In this document: piece by piece, positions 42,501 through 57,500 of the stretch
Layout: every line of letters starts with the position of its first letter
Position numbering within the stretch: position 1 is the first letter of the stretch
Assembly: GCF_964355755.1 (NCBI RefSeq)
Contig: NC_092671.1
Coordinates: forward strand, 20,460,001-20,524,000
Source: Antedon mediterranea
Lineage: Eukaryota; Animalia; Echinodermata
DNA: 64,000 nt
Direction of reading: 5' to 3'
Program-made: the position numbers and the translations under genes
Notes under the pieces: generated by a model
What the model saw: only the letters and a program-made list of their open reading frames with translations
Told to the model about the DNA's origin: nothing
Database searches by the model: none

Positions 42501-45500
42501 ATGTTGATCCAACGTTGAAATAACATTGTATTTTTAACTAGAAATTTACGTTAATTTATTAATGTTAATTCAACGTTGAAATAACATTGTCTTTTTAACT
42601 AGTAATTTAAGTTAATTTATCATTGTTGATCTAACGTTGAAATAACATTGTCTTCTAACTAGTAATTTACGTTAATTTATCAATGTTGATCCAACGTTAA
42701 AATCGCATAGTATTTTTAACTAGAAATTTACGTTAATTTATCAATGTTGATCCAACGTTGAAATAACATTGTATTTTTAACTAGTAATTTACGTTAATTT
42801 ATCAATGTTGATCCAACGTTAAAATCACATAGTATTTTTAACTAGAAATTTACGTTAATTTATCAATGTTGATCCAACGTTGAAATAACATTGTATTTTT
42901 AACTAGTAATTTATGTTAATTTATCAATGTTGATCCAACGTTGAAATAACATTGTATTTTTAACTAGTAATTTACGTTAATTTATCAATGTTGATCCAAC
43001 GTTGAAATAACATTGTATTTTTAACTAGAAATTTACGTGAATTTATTAATGTTGATCCAACGTTGAAATAACATTGTATTTTTAACTAGAAATTTACGTT
43101 AATTTATTAATGTTGATCCAACGTTGAAATAACATTGTCTTTCTAACTAGTAATTTACGTTAATTTATCAATGTTGATACAACGTTGAAATAACATTATC
43201 TTTATATCTAGAAATTTACGTTAATTTATCAATGTTGATCCAACGTTGAAATAACATTGTATTGTTAACAAGAAATTTACATTAATTTATCAATGTTGAT
43301 CCAACGTTGCAATAACATTGTATTTTTAACTAGAAATTTACGTTAATTTATCAATGTAGATCCAACGTTGAAATAACATTGTCTTTCTAACTAGTAGGCT
43401 AATTTACGTTAATTTATCAATGTTGATCCAACGTTGAAATAACATTGTATTTCTAACTAGTATTTTTTTTCAAACAGTTATTATTTTTGTTTTTCAATGT
43501 TATTCCAACGTTATTTTAACGTTGAAATCCAGTTGTCATTTTCAAATGACATGTTTTCAACGTTGAAAAACTCTTGAAATTATGTTGTTTTTTCAAACAA
43601 TTATTATTTTTGTTTTTCAATGTTAATTAAACGCTAAATTAAAGATAAATTCTATTTAATACTTTGGTTATGACATGTTTTTAACGTTTAATATCCATTG
43701 ATGTTTCAACGTTAAATTAACATTAGATTTCACAGTTGGCGGTTTATTTTATCATCCTTTATTGTAAAACAAATGATTATTGGTTATTTAGGAATTTTAG
43801 ATTGGCAAATCTTATTGTCTCTGTATAATACAAAAATGTTCTAGAAGTTGTGTTGAAAATGATCCTTTCATGCAAGATCAAATTTCATAAGATACGAGCT
43901 TGACATTGGTTAGTTTCGTTTTGATAAAATTTTGAAACTGGTGTCAGTAATTTCAGTTACTTCGACGTAGGCTAGGCCTACAGTAGTAGTGGTGTGTAGA
44001 AAAAAAAGGCTCATCATTGAAATTGTCAAATAAGTATGTTTTGAGGTAGGAAAACAATCTTTTTTATTTGTAATCTACTAATTTATAAGCTTTGAGCTTG
44101 ACTATTTCACCCTTATCAAACAATAGCTAGCCTCTAGTCTCTAGTAGGCCACACATGCATAGCTAGGCTATAGCCTGGTAGGCTAGTAGGCCTAGGCCTA
44201 TTCTATAGGCTAGGCTAGGCAGGCTGCCAAACTGATGAACTGAATTCACTCACTAGGCCTAGTGGAAGCATTTAGTATTATGCATGTCAAGGGCAAACAT
44301 TTGCCTTGCCAAGGATAACTACAGTACTGTACTTATTATGGTTATAAAATGGTATGTATTAGGCCTCTAGTAGTAGGCCTTTTAGTTCAATACTTTCTTT
44401 ATTTATCCAAAAGTATACATAAATATAACAATACATTATAATATATAATTAGTTGGCCTAGCTAGCTTTCTGCTAGGCTGTCTACAGTAGCTGCTAATGC
44501 TAGTATTAGTGTTAATAGTATACAAACACATGTTGCTAGCCTAGGACGGCTATTTGTTAAACTTACTCGCTTTCTTTATTTCAGATTGTAGGCCTAGCTA
44601 AGGCCCTTAGGCCTATGCCTAGCTAGAGTACAAAATAATGAAGTACATGTAGGCCTATAATCTTTTCTATGTGAATCAAACGAGAAAAATCTAATGGATG
44701 ATCAATATTTTTATATACAAAAGGTTGGTATTTATAGTTCTTAACTTTAATATTGAATTGAATAAATATTACGCCGTGGTTAGGATTCCGGCACCGCAAC
44801 TCAACTTCCCATCGTTAGGGAATCCGACACGCTATTGCGCATGCCCAGAGCGAAGTAATTATAGCTTGCACTAGTGCCACAGACCGCGCACCACATTACC
44901 CGAGAGTCGGAGTGTTAACTAGGGATGTACTGTGTAGCCCCGTGTAGCCAAAGATATCTTTGCTGTGGCCTAGTTAGTCGTCGCGCGGGGGAGAGAGCGA
45001 TGGATGAAACTTGGCCTAGGCCATACATGAATTAATAATTACGCCACGCGTTAAAATAATTATTATGATATTGATAAGAATCAGCTTCCGTATTTCAAGA
45101 AATGTACGAAAATGAATAGCGTAGCTTTGCGACACCGACTTCTCCCGAACAGTTCTGTTTTTTTTTTCACATCCGCACGGCGGCTGCTGTCAACAAATCA
45201 ACTTGTATACGATTGCATGATGTTATGTACAGTATAAATGCGTTATATGAAATCTTTTATTTTGTACTTGAAAAATCATAAAAATTAAAACTAGTCATGC
45301 AATTATAATTCATAAATATATAAAGTTTATATATGAATGAAGCAAATTTAATTACGAAATAAATAGGCCCAATGGTCACATCTAGCTGGTAGGCCTACTA
45401 GTATTAGTAGGCATGTAGGCCGGCTAGTTCACCGTGGCGCAGCTATTAAAATGATCCATCGCTGTAAAGCTTGGTTCCCACTAGAACGTAACGCAAGGAC

Positions 45501-48500
45501 GTAAACGCAACGCAAGCGTTTTAACCAATGACAAGCGAAGTTATAGACAGTTAGCAATCACAAGCGAATAAGCCATCGCTTGTGATTGGTCAATTTACTT
45601 GCGTTGCGTTACGTCCTTGTGTTGCGTCGCTAGTGGGAACCACGCTTTGGTCTGTTGTAGACAAAAATAGAGTCGCCGATTACCTTGCTCTGGGCATGCG
45701 CAATAGCGTGTCGGATTCCCTAATCCTAACCACGGCGTAAATATTAATACAGTGTTGCAATATTATTTACATAAATTGAATTGATTGCATATTTTACGTG
45801 TAAGTGTGAAATGATGTTCTGAATTGAATTTTTGTTTATGTACAGTATGATTTTTGAACAATGTGTTAAAGATATAATTGAACTGAACAATTTTTTTTTA
45901 AATGTTTTGTTGAATATGCCGTCACTATAGAGTTGTTCACTTTGACCAAAAATTAGATTTTTAAAAATGCATTTGTACCTTAAAAGGGGGACAATTTAAA
46001 CAAACAATTGGTTTTTGGTTAAATGTACTGTTTATTTTGTATTTTTGTTAAGTGAAATCTTTATTGTTTTTGTTTATTTTCTACGGCAAGTGAATATCTA
46101 AATTGTTAAAATTGCAAAATGGCAAGGTATTCAAAGTATGATTGTATTAATCTTCATTGTTCATGTTTTTTTTAATTTTTTACTGTATTATTTTTGTTTA
46201 AAACTACAGTAACTTGATTGAATTTGTTTCAGGTTTGGAAAAATAATATTGCCACACTTTTGGAAAGCATAGGACAATGTCAACACAGGAATCGAGGCAA
46301 CTGTTTATTGACTAATCGGAACAATGCAATTACAGTACTGTATTGTGTTATTGCCATCATTTGGACTTCTGCAACACTAGCACAAGGCACCTGTGACGTG
46401 TTGTATTTATTGTGTTTTACTGTAATCAGCCAATATTTATAGTTATTCAATCATGTTAGTTGGCAAACATATTACAAACTGGTTATTAGTATATTTTTTA
46501 TACTTAACATTGGTACCTGAGAACTGTCAGTGAGGATGTACATTATTTGATTGTTGCTTGGATTTTGCCTGATGATTTGATAACACCTGATTAAATGTTA
46601 TTTTATGTTTTTATAGAAATTAAAGATTAGTAAGATATACAGTATTTATAAAATGTCTGTCTCTATTGATGGATTCTGCGACGTAACAGTAACTTTACTA
46701 CTAACTACTTTAAAACCGTTGATTCAAATTGGATATAGTAATTCAACAAATCAAATTTCAACGTTAAATCTATGTTTAAATTTACGTTGATGCAAATTTT
46801 CATTTCAACTTAATTATTACGTTGTTTCAACGTTAATAATTTCAACATTGAATCAACATTGATAATTTCAACGTAGACATTTTTACGTTGTTTCAACGTT
46901 GATAATCTATGTTGAATCAACGTTGACATTTTTGTTGAGGCAAACTTTCATTTTCAACCATTTTTTCAACGTTATTTCAACGTTACTTATTTTAACGTTA
47001 TTTCAACGTTGTTTCAACGTTGATAATTTCTATGTTGATTCAACGTTGACATTTACGTTGAGGCAAACTTTCATTTTCAACCATTTTTTCAACGTTATTT
47101 CAACGTTACCTATTTTAACGTTGTTTCAACATTGATAATTTCTATGTTGATTCAACGTTGACATTTAAGTTGAGGCAAACTTTCATTTTCAACCATTTTT
47201 TCAACGTTATTTCAACGTTACTTATTTTAACGTTGTTTCAACGTTGATAATTTCTATGTTGATTCAACGTTGACATTTACGTTGAGGCAAACTTTCATTT
47301 TCAACCATTTTTTCAACGTTATTTCAACGTTACTTATTTTAACGTTGTTTCAACGTTGATAATTTCTATGTTGATTCAACGTTGACATTTACGTTGAGGC
47401 AAACTTTCATTTTCAACCACTTTTTCAACGTTATTTCAACGTTTGCAGATAACGTTGAATTAACGTTAATTCAACCAATTTTTGCCCACTGGGACTACTC
47501 TATTTAGTTTACTCTAAATATTCTTATTTAAAGTATTAAGGGATTAAAATTATTTTAAAGACATTCACAGTTGTCCTTAATTTAAATAACAGAATTTACA
47601 GTATTTTGTGTACACACAGTCAAAAATATCAGCTACCATCAAGGTGTTCTGTATAGAAAATGCAACTGTTTTAATGTTACATGTAGTCATATAAATTATG
47701 TACTATTAAAGACACTTTCCCTGCAATTTTGAAGTTTTGTAAAAATAATGCATTTATATTTTACTTTTAAAACATTAAACTTAAAACATTAAACCAGAAT
47801 TGTCTTAAATGTACAGTAAAAACCCTCAATTACGAACCACAATATTACCGAATTTTATGGACATAGATTGATGACATCATAATGAAATATGTATGTAAAT
47901 ATATTCATAATACTAAGTGCAGTTATTTATATTGTTGCATGATACTTTATTCTTTTCATTTCATTATCGCTATACTTTTATGTGTTTATTTAGTTGATAA
48001 TTCATTTAGCATACACTGCATTTATGGCTGTTTTTAGGCCTAAAACTTTGACCTGTCTATAATGGCGTATAATAGCTGAGGTTTGTCACATATCGGTAAC
48101 ATCATTGAAAATTCTCTTGATTAGAAATTTGATACTTGCAATAAAACAATTAAACTGATAATACAAGTACTTTCTCATATCAAAATTGCTATAATGATTT
48201 AAATTTAAACCATAACACAAGATAAAGAGATATTGCCATAAACATTTATTGTTGTAGACATAGACAATGTAAACAGTGATTAAAACTATTCAAAGTCATT
48301 ACACCTTTTTTTTAAATTATGAAATTTTGTAAGTCACTGCAGAGGCCGTTAGTGATCATGGTAAATAGCTTAAATGATTAGTTTTGGTTAATGCATGCAT
48401 TATCTACCTGCTTGAACTTACAATTCAAGTAGGTACTAGGGGTTGTCTAATACCCTTAGACATATTGAAATCTTGTCAAAATAAAATTTTAACAGACACA

Positions 48501-51500
48501 TCTTAGCATACAGGATTTTCGCGCCGCGGCTTTAGCCAGCTAAACCCCCAGAGAACATAATCAATAAGAAGCTTTATCATCACGAAAGCTATATATCTAA
48601 GGCTGACATTTTCCGATTTTTGTAAACTTGACTAATTTATAGGCTGCTGAACCAAAAAAAAAACATCTGGGAAAACAGACTCTATGAGGGCTAACGGTTG
48701 AACGATTTTGTATTCTCGCCCTTTGCTTGGTTGACGCGAATCAACAGACTGCGAAAGAAATTTTTCACATGTGCAGTTGTCTCTTCTGATTCATGAGGAC
48801 TGCATGTCCTAGCATGTCCTAGCATGTCCAACACACGTCGAGAAAATAATGTACTGTATTGAAATTCTTTGAATGAGGTTAAATAAACACTATTTTTTTA
48901 TTTAATAAACATGTAATATCCTATTTGATTGAATTTTACAATGTTGATATACAAAATATATTACTAAAAACCTCATACAATTGCCTACTGAGGGCGCAAT
49001 TTATTTACTTCGTTCATGGCTAAAAACGATTAGTAACGTCCGATCTTCATAATTCTTTCTTTATTTTAATATTGATACAAAATATTAACAGGCAATGTAT
49101 ATGCTATTGCTAATGTTAGTGCTACCCCAGTATCTACAATGCAACAGCTTCCATAATAAGTTTTAATCATGTGGGTCACTTTTCATTCCAAAGAGCTACA
49201 ACAAATTGAAATATACTGTATGATGAAATCAATTAACATTATTCTAATTTTTTTATGACATAATAAAATTTAAACACTTTGTAACTCATGTGAAAGAGAA
49301 CTAATTGAGCAAGAAGATATTAAAATCTAGGAGAAAATTTTATTTGGCTAAATAGGTTTATAGATAAACTGACTTTTGCCAAATGGCTAAATAAAATGAA
49401 ATGTTAGTGCTACCCCAGACAAGGCAGTTTGGGGCCAGCATTGGAAAGTAAAAAGACCTAAACTCACTTGCACCTGTAACACTGCAAGCCTATTGCATTA
49501 AAAAAAAATTAGAATTCAATATACTGTACCTTCTTTGTGGCTTCTTCTAAGTCAACCTCATTAAACAGGACTCTACCACTCCCACCACCTGTTTTAAAGG
49601 ATATATTATGGTTCTCTCCTGTACGAAAAACTAAATGACCACTGTTTGTCATCATTTTTGGCCTGCAATCAAAAATAAAAAGTTTATTATTAACACTTTC
49701 ACCAGCAAGACCCTGCTATACGAAAAGGGAGACCCAACATATACCTTAAATGCAGGCCTAATTTCTAGAGAACCGGTAAGATCATCGGCAATAATCCCAT
49801 GGGAAATCGAAAAATACACATCTCGACTCCAGACTCCACTCCACTCCACTTATTTAATAGCAGACCTAAGTATTTAATAATTATTTAATTCTAATTAATA
49901 TTTTATTTAACAGTGACGTAACTCCACTCTCGAATTCCCACTCTCATATCATGCAATAAAAGAAGTTTACGCCTCACTTTCAACAGCCTAGTCATAGGTC
50001 GTGTTCGTACGGTGGTTAAAATAAGCGCTTAATTTCACCCATGCCTCGGGTTATAAATTGAGCGTTGTTCGTACTTGAAATATTTAACCGCTTAAATGCT
50101 TAATCGACGAATCACAAACCGGAAATTACGTTTTAAGGTCAGTTGTCTTTACAACCTACGACCCCATTTTCGCACGCTAGTTTCGTGTTGTATATTTTTT
50201 ACTCGCGATCTTTCTTTACAATAACAATTACTTGCTACCTTTTACACTGCTTATCCTTGCGACAAACCTTATGCCTCTTAACGCCGATAATCCTGCCGAA
50301 ATATGCCTTCTCCTGACGACCATTATTTTACTCATTGACGAAGAATTTGAGCCCAATGTTACACGACGGAAACACCACCGACCAGCTAGGCCTACTACTA
50401 AACGGGGTGTATTCCTAAACGGTCTACACCAACAAGGACAGCACCAGCTGACGATCGCTCTCGAAGCGTGTATGGAAGAGCTTCGCAAGAGAAATGACGG
50501 GCCTAGGCAGCGAACGTTTGTCAAAATTTGACACATTGCCTCTATCGGAGATTTATTATCCTCGAAGGCCGAGTATAATTGGATTATCGCTGAAATAACC
50601 TGCAAATTTGGTGAACATTTTACCTCGAATTTTTTGTAGCCTGAGGCAAAAGTTAATTGGGCCACGCGAACGGAAATCGGGAATAAGCTGGTATTTTCAA
50701 CCCCTACGAACAGGCCCTTAGAGATGTAGTGATAGCACAGCTATCGCTCGATATCCCAATATCCGGTTCAAAACATCGTAATGGGGATGAGTAATTCGTT
50801 CCCTCTCCGAGTTACAGACCTCCCAACTTGGATTGGCAAAAAATAGGGAGATTTTTTTCGGTAATAATATTTTAACTAGTTGAATAAGGTTTATCGCAAA
50901 TAGCGTGTGCGATGCAATATAGGAAGGATTTGGGAGCAAATGTCACAACGCGTACGAAAATGATTTGTTGTTTGTACGTACGCGTCGTGACCTACCATGC
51001 TTTTTACGAACAATGGTATTTGCGTGTGGCTTTTGTTTTGCTTTTAACTAAACAACCAACTTCACAACGCCCTGTCAATTCAACAAAATCCAACGTTAAA
51101 AATGTGATTACTTGGCTTGGCCATATTGTATATGTTCCTTATTTAAAATCGGGAAATTTTTATCTAAAAATGAAAAAATCGGGGGAAATTTGGGTTTCGC
51201 GGGAGAGTGAGAGAGAACCAAAAAAATCGGGAGACTCCCGCGATTTTCGGGAGAGTTGGGAGGTCTGGAGTTATTATCAGTATTTTGAAATTGTTGTACT
51301 GCTTTTGCAGGCACTTCAGCTTTAAGTTTACTTGCTTTGGAGACTAGTCTATTCCGTACTCACAGATTTATAAAATACCATACGGCTCCACATTTTTTGT
51401 CATTAAAAAAAACCCGTATTTTTATTGCCAGCAAATGGTTACAGAAAATACAGCATAAATTTGAAAATACTGTATTTTATCCACAAATTTGGTGAAAAAA

Positions 51501-54500
51501 TAGCACCCCTCCATCCCTCAATAGCATGGGAAGTAAAATACTAATTGTTTGACGGATTATAGGAGTATATGCCTTCCAAGTTTGTAGAATACAGTTTGTT
51601 TTTCCAGTAAATTGCAAGCACATGGGCACATAATAATATGCAGGGTGAAGTATGTGACAGTATCGTGTATTCACACGTCATTCCGTATAGTTTGATCTCC
51701 CTTTTCAGATATTTGGGTCTCCTTTTTTGTATAGTGGGGTCTCTATTTGCCGATTCTGTCTCTGAAAATGACTATTTATTATCCTCAGATAATTTTAGTA
51801 TTGATAAAGTTTTTTTTATGTAATAAATTTATAAGATTTACCTATGTTTATTGAAAAGAAAGACTCTAGGCCTAGGGTTGCTAGCGTAGGCCGAGTCCAA
51901 TTTGTAAAACCCTATTATCTAGCTTTTGTAAAGTACACAAAGAAAACACTGCAACTGCATTGATAGAACTACATTGTTGGCTTCGTAGGTTACATTGTTT
52001 GGCTTCGCAATCTCAATATTCAACTCTCAATGAGCTAAGTTCTAAACTTTTTAGGGAGTTTAATTTAATAAGCAACCCTACAATTTTCTTAGTGAAGAAA
52101 AAAGGTGTGAAAATTAATGTGTTAATTTTGACTGGCGGAGGACCAAGTTGTAAATTACTAAAATATATATTTTTTTAATTTTTAAAATTTTGTTATTGTT
52201 CTCTTTGCGCATGTTTACCTATTATATAAATTTTCCACAATGTGAACGTAGAGACACGATGCAACACCAATGAACCTCAATGAACTAGGCCAACTAATAA
52301 AAATAATATACCGTATTTTTCGGTGTATAAGTCGCACTTTTGACCTGCAAATTTTACCTCTAAATTAAGGGTGCGTCTTTATACAACGAACATAAATGCC
52401 TCACCACACAGATTGTACATATCGACACCTCGTTGGCTAGGCCTGGGCTTTTTAAGGTAAAGGCCTAGGCCCCTAAGTACTAAGAGTAGGCCTAGCTACA
52501 GTCAGTGTACTAACGCAACGGCAACCTGCTTCTGCATAGTTTTCAAGGCAGTTTAGCGTGATGTTATACTAAATATGATGAAAAGATTTGTTCATTATGG
52601 AGCTGTTTTAGGTGCTCCGATAAAATTTCATTTAAAAAAGTTTATGATCGATTGGAATAGTATTATAGTTGTACGCACGATCTCCGACCGCTTCTTGGCG
52701 GCCACATGGTGTCTGGTATTCGACTAGTATATTCTCCAGTTGATTATAGCATGGATCTAGCGTATAGTATACACTGCTCGGATACATAGATACTAATCGA
52801 ATACGATTGTCCGTGAAAACGTGCGCCATCTCAAAATGATCGAGCGAGGCTAGCCCACACACACGTGTTACACAGACGGTCATGCACTCGATGTTGCAGG
52901 TGTGGCAACTCATGAATAACAAGTTAGAAAGAACTGACGGAATTGGGGACTTCTCTTCTTGTTGAGGCTGGGCGCGGCCGAGCCTAGGTAAGAAAAAACC
53001 TAAATAAAGGACGCCGTTGTAGATATAACAAAATATATTATTACAATAATATTGATTACAATTTAAAAAAACATTGTTTTGATGAAATATAAAGTGCGTC
53101 TTATACATCGACGATATAAAAAATACCGATATTTTACTTTCAGTTTAGGGGGTGCGTCTTATACACAGGTGCGACTTATACCGAAATATACGGTAGAAAA
53201 CATCCAGTCGATTCAGAAAAATGCTGACAAAAAAAGATCGTAAAAATTCTAAATATAGTATCAGAACTTGGTCACTTAAAAAGTTGGTCACTTAAAAAGA
53301 CTGCCCACAGAAGACCATAAGTAAGTCCTTTTCACATAGAATTGCGGCAATATTCCAGTAAGCAAGCCGGTATTATTGCCACTCATTCACACAGAAGGTA
53401 ATAAACGGTATTTTTACAGTTTTCTGTGTGAAAGGCCACAAAGGCGCAATATCTTTTCATAACATAGAGGTCGCACTTTGTTAGGAAAAAAAATGCCGGC
53501 CACCGCCGACGTAGCATCAGTGGCAGATTTAGGTTAACAGACCACCCCCAACAACACATGCACCATTTCGGAGTACCGCATGATCAAATGTTGATATTGT
53601 TTGAAGTGTTTTTCGATCAAAGTTCATTGAAAAAGATACGTACAGTATTAAGGAAGGATTTATTGAAATTTACATTATGCAATATTTGTTTTTAAATGTG
53701 ATGGAAACAGTTGCTGTAGCCTATTAAACAGTGTGAAAGCATCTATTTTTCCAAAAAATTTTCTGACACTCGTCAGATCCTATCCTAGATCATATATACT
53801 GATATAATCTAATAATTGAATAGGCCTAAAATAAAAAAAAGGAAAATGTCCCTTATGTTAAATCTTAAAATGGAATCTATATATAATTGCTACTAAATTT
53901 TTCGCATATTTTAAGTATCTCCTCCGAAACCACTGAATGGTACGTGCTCACATTTGGCACACTGATGTTTATTGATGGGCTGCACACGATAGGTTATGTC
54001 ACTTTCCTGGATTTTAAGGATAAACAGTGAAACGGGGCCAAAAATAGCAGTAATTTGACTATGTTTCGCGAGTTGTTACATCACGTATCAACTACACAAC
54101 CTTCTCTGTTGTGTACCGCAATGGCCTGGCCTACAAACACCATGCCGAGCCGCCAAATTAAAATGGTGTTTAGTATCGGCAGCCACCCAACCATATCGAC
54201 TGATCGCGTTGTTGAAGTTTTAATTAATGACACCTATATTTGGAACAGAATGTATTTTGTAAATCACGGTTTGGCTCATTGAGTAAAACACAGTGGCCAT
54301 TCAAATTAATGCTTCGTAGGTTCCATTTCGAATCCGCAATATGACATGGTTTAATGTTTTTAAAGTAAAATACTAATACAAAACTTCACAAATTGTAGGG
54401 AAGGGGTCTTTAATTGTTTGCATTTAAGGACATCACCATTTTCAAAATTCTTCTCAATATGTTCTAACTTCTAGCAATACTTTTGAAATCGTAAATAACA

Positions 54501-57500
54501 GTGGAATTACTTTTTGAACTTCAGATTATGGACGGTTACGCTTGCGCTAACCGCTCGCCAATGGCGACTGGAGTCTCCATTTGGCGAAAATAAATATTGC
54601 CTTGTTCGCCAAATTGGCGAAAAATACATTTCCAAGTCTAGGCCTAGCCTGGTCGGCGTGACTTCTTATGGGAGCGAGAATTCGCCACACTTCGGTACTT
54701 TCTGACAACACTTCACGGTCACTGAGTCGGGTACACTTTTTATCACCACAGCCTTTTATGTGACGACGACGACGCCGCGTTCATTTTTTTAGTTCTGTTT
54801 TTACACATAGTTAATGTGATTGGTTCGTGGCCGGCCGTCGACGTGATGATGAGCGAATAAAAGGGGAAGTCCCTATTCTTCGACGTAGAAAATAAACTTC
54901 GAGAAGAAAATGTAAACAGAAACATCAGAAACAGAAACATCCGTAAACATTTGTTGTTGGTGTATTTGAATCATTAAAAAATAGAGAAAGTAGCCCTAGT
55001 ATATATATTTCAGGACCGAATAAGAGATGATCAGTTAATTATTTTTATATAACTATAAAGAAATATTAATGTGTGTCCTTGATTGTTCAGGTACAGTACA
55101 GAAAGGAAGTACTGCCACTTTACCTACAAAGTAGCTTTGTACTGTAGATAGAATGTAGGCTACATTGTTGACTTCGTAGGTTCCATTGTTTGGCTTCGTA
55201 ACCTCAATAAACAACTTTCAATGAGCTACGTTCTGAACTTCGTAGTTATCAATAAACAACCCAACGATGTTCTTAGTGAAGTAAGAAGGCGTGAAATTAA
55301 TGCGTTAAATTTAACTGGCGGAGGACCAAGTTGTAAATTACTAAAAAATAAATAATATTTTCTAATCGTAATCTTTTCCTTCGTGCGTGTTTACCTACTC
55401 AACGGTGAATATAAATATAAACTTCCCACGATGTAAACGTAGAGACACGATTCAACACAGGTGAACCTCAACGAACAGAACAGGCCAACTAATAAACGTA
55501 ATATAGAGAACGTCCAGTCCATCCAGAAACGATGCCGAGAAAAAAAGATTGTGGCAATTCATTCTAAATATAGCATCAGAATGTTCAATCGGTCTCTCAA
55601 AAAGACTGCCGACAGAAATCCGTAATTTACAGACCTAGTTAATGGCATGAAACGCAATACTCTCTGCTTTACCGCAATCTTTCACGTGTTTTTTTAAAAC
55701 TCAGTACGAGAGGGTGGCTGCCGGTCTGACGATGATTAATAAGATCGTGTGCCTGGATTTTGTGTCACATGACATGAAACATAGTACTCTCTCTCTAAAA
55801 CTGCTCACATGTTTTTTCCCCTCCAAATTCTGGTCGGGCCTTTTGCATTACACATTTCGTAATCATTTTAAAAGGCCTAAGCCTATGTTATATCTTAACC
55901 CTTTCACTGCGGAGCATTATTCTCACCTCTGTGCGTAATATATATTTAAGAAAAACATGATATTTTAATAAATTGCAAAAAAATACTAATTGAGATAATT
56001 GTGTAATTATTTTTGTGGTATGTGATAGGCAAAGGGTTAGTCTACAGTTAGGTATAAAAAAAAAAGTACTTTGCATATTGATGACGTCATGTGACGTCAT
56101 TACAGGTATTTTGGATTTCGTGTTTTTTATCGAATCAATGATAAAAACTATATTTTCTATAAGAAATTCTTATGGAATACGTTTTTCCAACTGGATATTG
56201 ATGAAGATATGTATAACAAATAAAAATATTTAAAAAAATTGAATCATTTTTATTGTTTCAGAATTTTTTTTTTGTGTGTTGTGATAAACACGATGTTGCC
56301 CTATTGGGGCTGGTATACAACTATAGAGGGCGGTTTTTTTTGCTGGAAAAATTTTTTAATGACTTGCAAAAATATTAAAGTTTGTCATAAAAATATAGAG
56401 GGTGCTATATATTATAGGCAAATACGATTAAATCATTGTTTTGCCCATACCCGGTATTACCGTGTATACGTATTTTAACGACGTCTGTTTATACCCGGTA
56501 TTACCGGGTATACGCAGTGAAGGGGTTAATATGGAATATATATTTATTTCGCATATATTTTGTTGGTGTCCTAGCCTAGGCGTGTCGTCGTTTTTATAAT
56601 TCGTAGGTGTTCCAAGGTAGGATTGAAGAATTTATAGTGTAGGCCGCCGAAACAGGCTATCTCGACTCTCTCTACGTGAGCTGAGGTCCACCAGCCCGAT
56701 GTCGTTTTGTCGGCGGATTTCCGTCCAAATTATATGAATGTAAAAGAAGTAAAATAACAAACAAATACATATGCATTATTTATTTAATAAACATTTTTGC
56801 GAATTTTTATGGTTTTTTTAATTTGGCTAAAGGATTTTCAATTTGGCTAATGTTTTTCAAAACCTTTCCGAAAAATTGACCTTAGTGCGAGCGTAGGGAC
56901 GGTGTATAAAAAATGTAGTGTAAAATGTTCTGTATTTACTTTTTGGTACAATGAATTTTACTGACCGCCTACATATAATAAGCATTTAGCCTACTAGACA
57001 TATGTTTGTTATACTTTCTTTTAATCCTTTGTGTAGCAATGGATTTAAAACATAGAAAATGCGACTTTAATTGCAAATCTTGCATATAATTTGACATGCA
57101 CAAGTTTTCTCAGTGCAGTTGAAATCTATTAATCGACGGGGTTCTCACTCGTCGAAGACGGGTAGTTAGTACTAATGATAGTATTAAATTTAATTCAAAT
57201 CAACTCATCAGCTTTCACAATACCTTTTTAAAAATAGGTATAAATAACAATTGCGTCGTTATTTTGCAATTAAAGTTCATCGAAATGAATGAAATCTATT
57301 ACTAAGTTAACTAAGTTACTACAGAATGTATAAAATTAAAAAACAGCAATCAATTGTAAAAAACTTTCTTTTTCTACGCTGAGCTACTTGCGGATAAAAA
57401 AAAGTTATGGCTGAAGATACGGTACCGTATCAATACTTTTAAAAACTAAAGGTACGATAATAATAGAATGCGCTATGTAAGATAGATTCTAATCAAATAG

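Larger units (their letters stand above)
41437..47493. mobile_element. 6-kb non-autonomous CMC/EnSpm-like transposon
   Basis: TIR cccagtgggca / tgcccactggg, 2-bp TSD AC, massive subterminal repeats built on the palindrome tcaacgttga. Confidence 0.8.

Noticed and set aside
41520-43460. Regular array with palindromic repeats resembling CRISPR
   Set aside because: The units are contiguous near-identical 61-mers with no unique spacers, there are no cas genes, and the array sits in a eukaryotic intron within a TIR element.
50228-50665. 145-aa minus-strand ORF
   Set aside because: It is inside a Harbinger-like element and has no domain features.
52632-53108. 158-aa ORF with a paralogue at 37628-37867
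   Set aside because: Both are inside copies of the same pogo MITE, the frames diverge and there are no transposase motifs.
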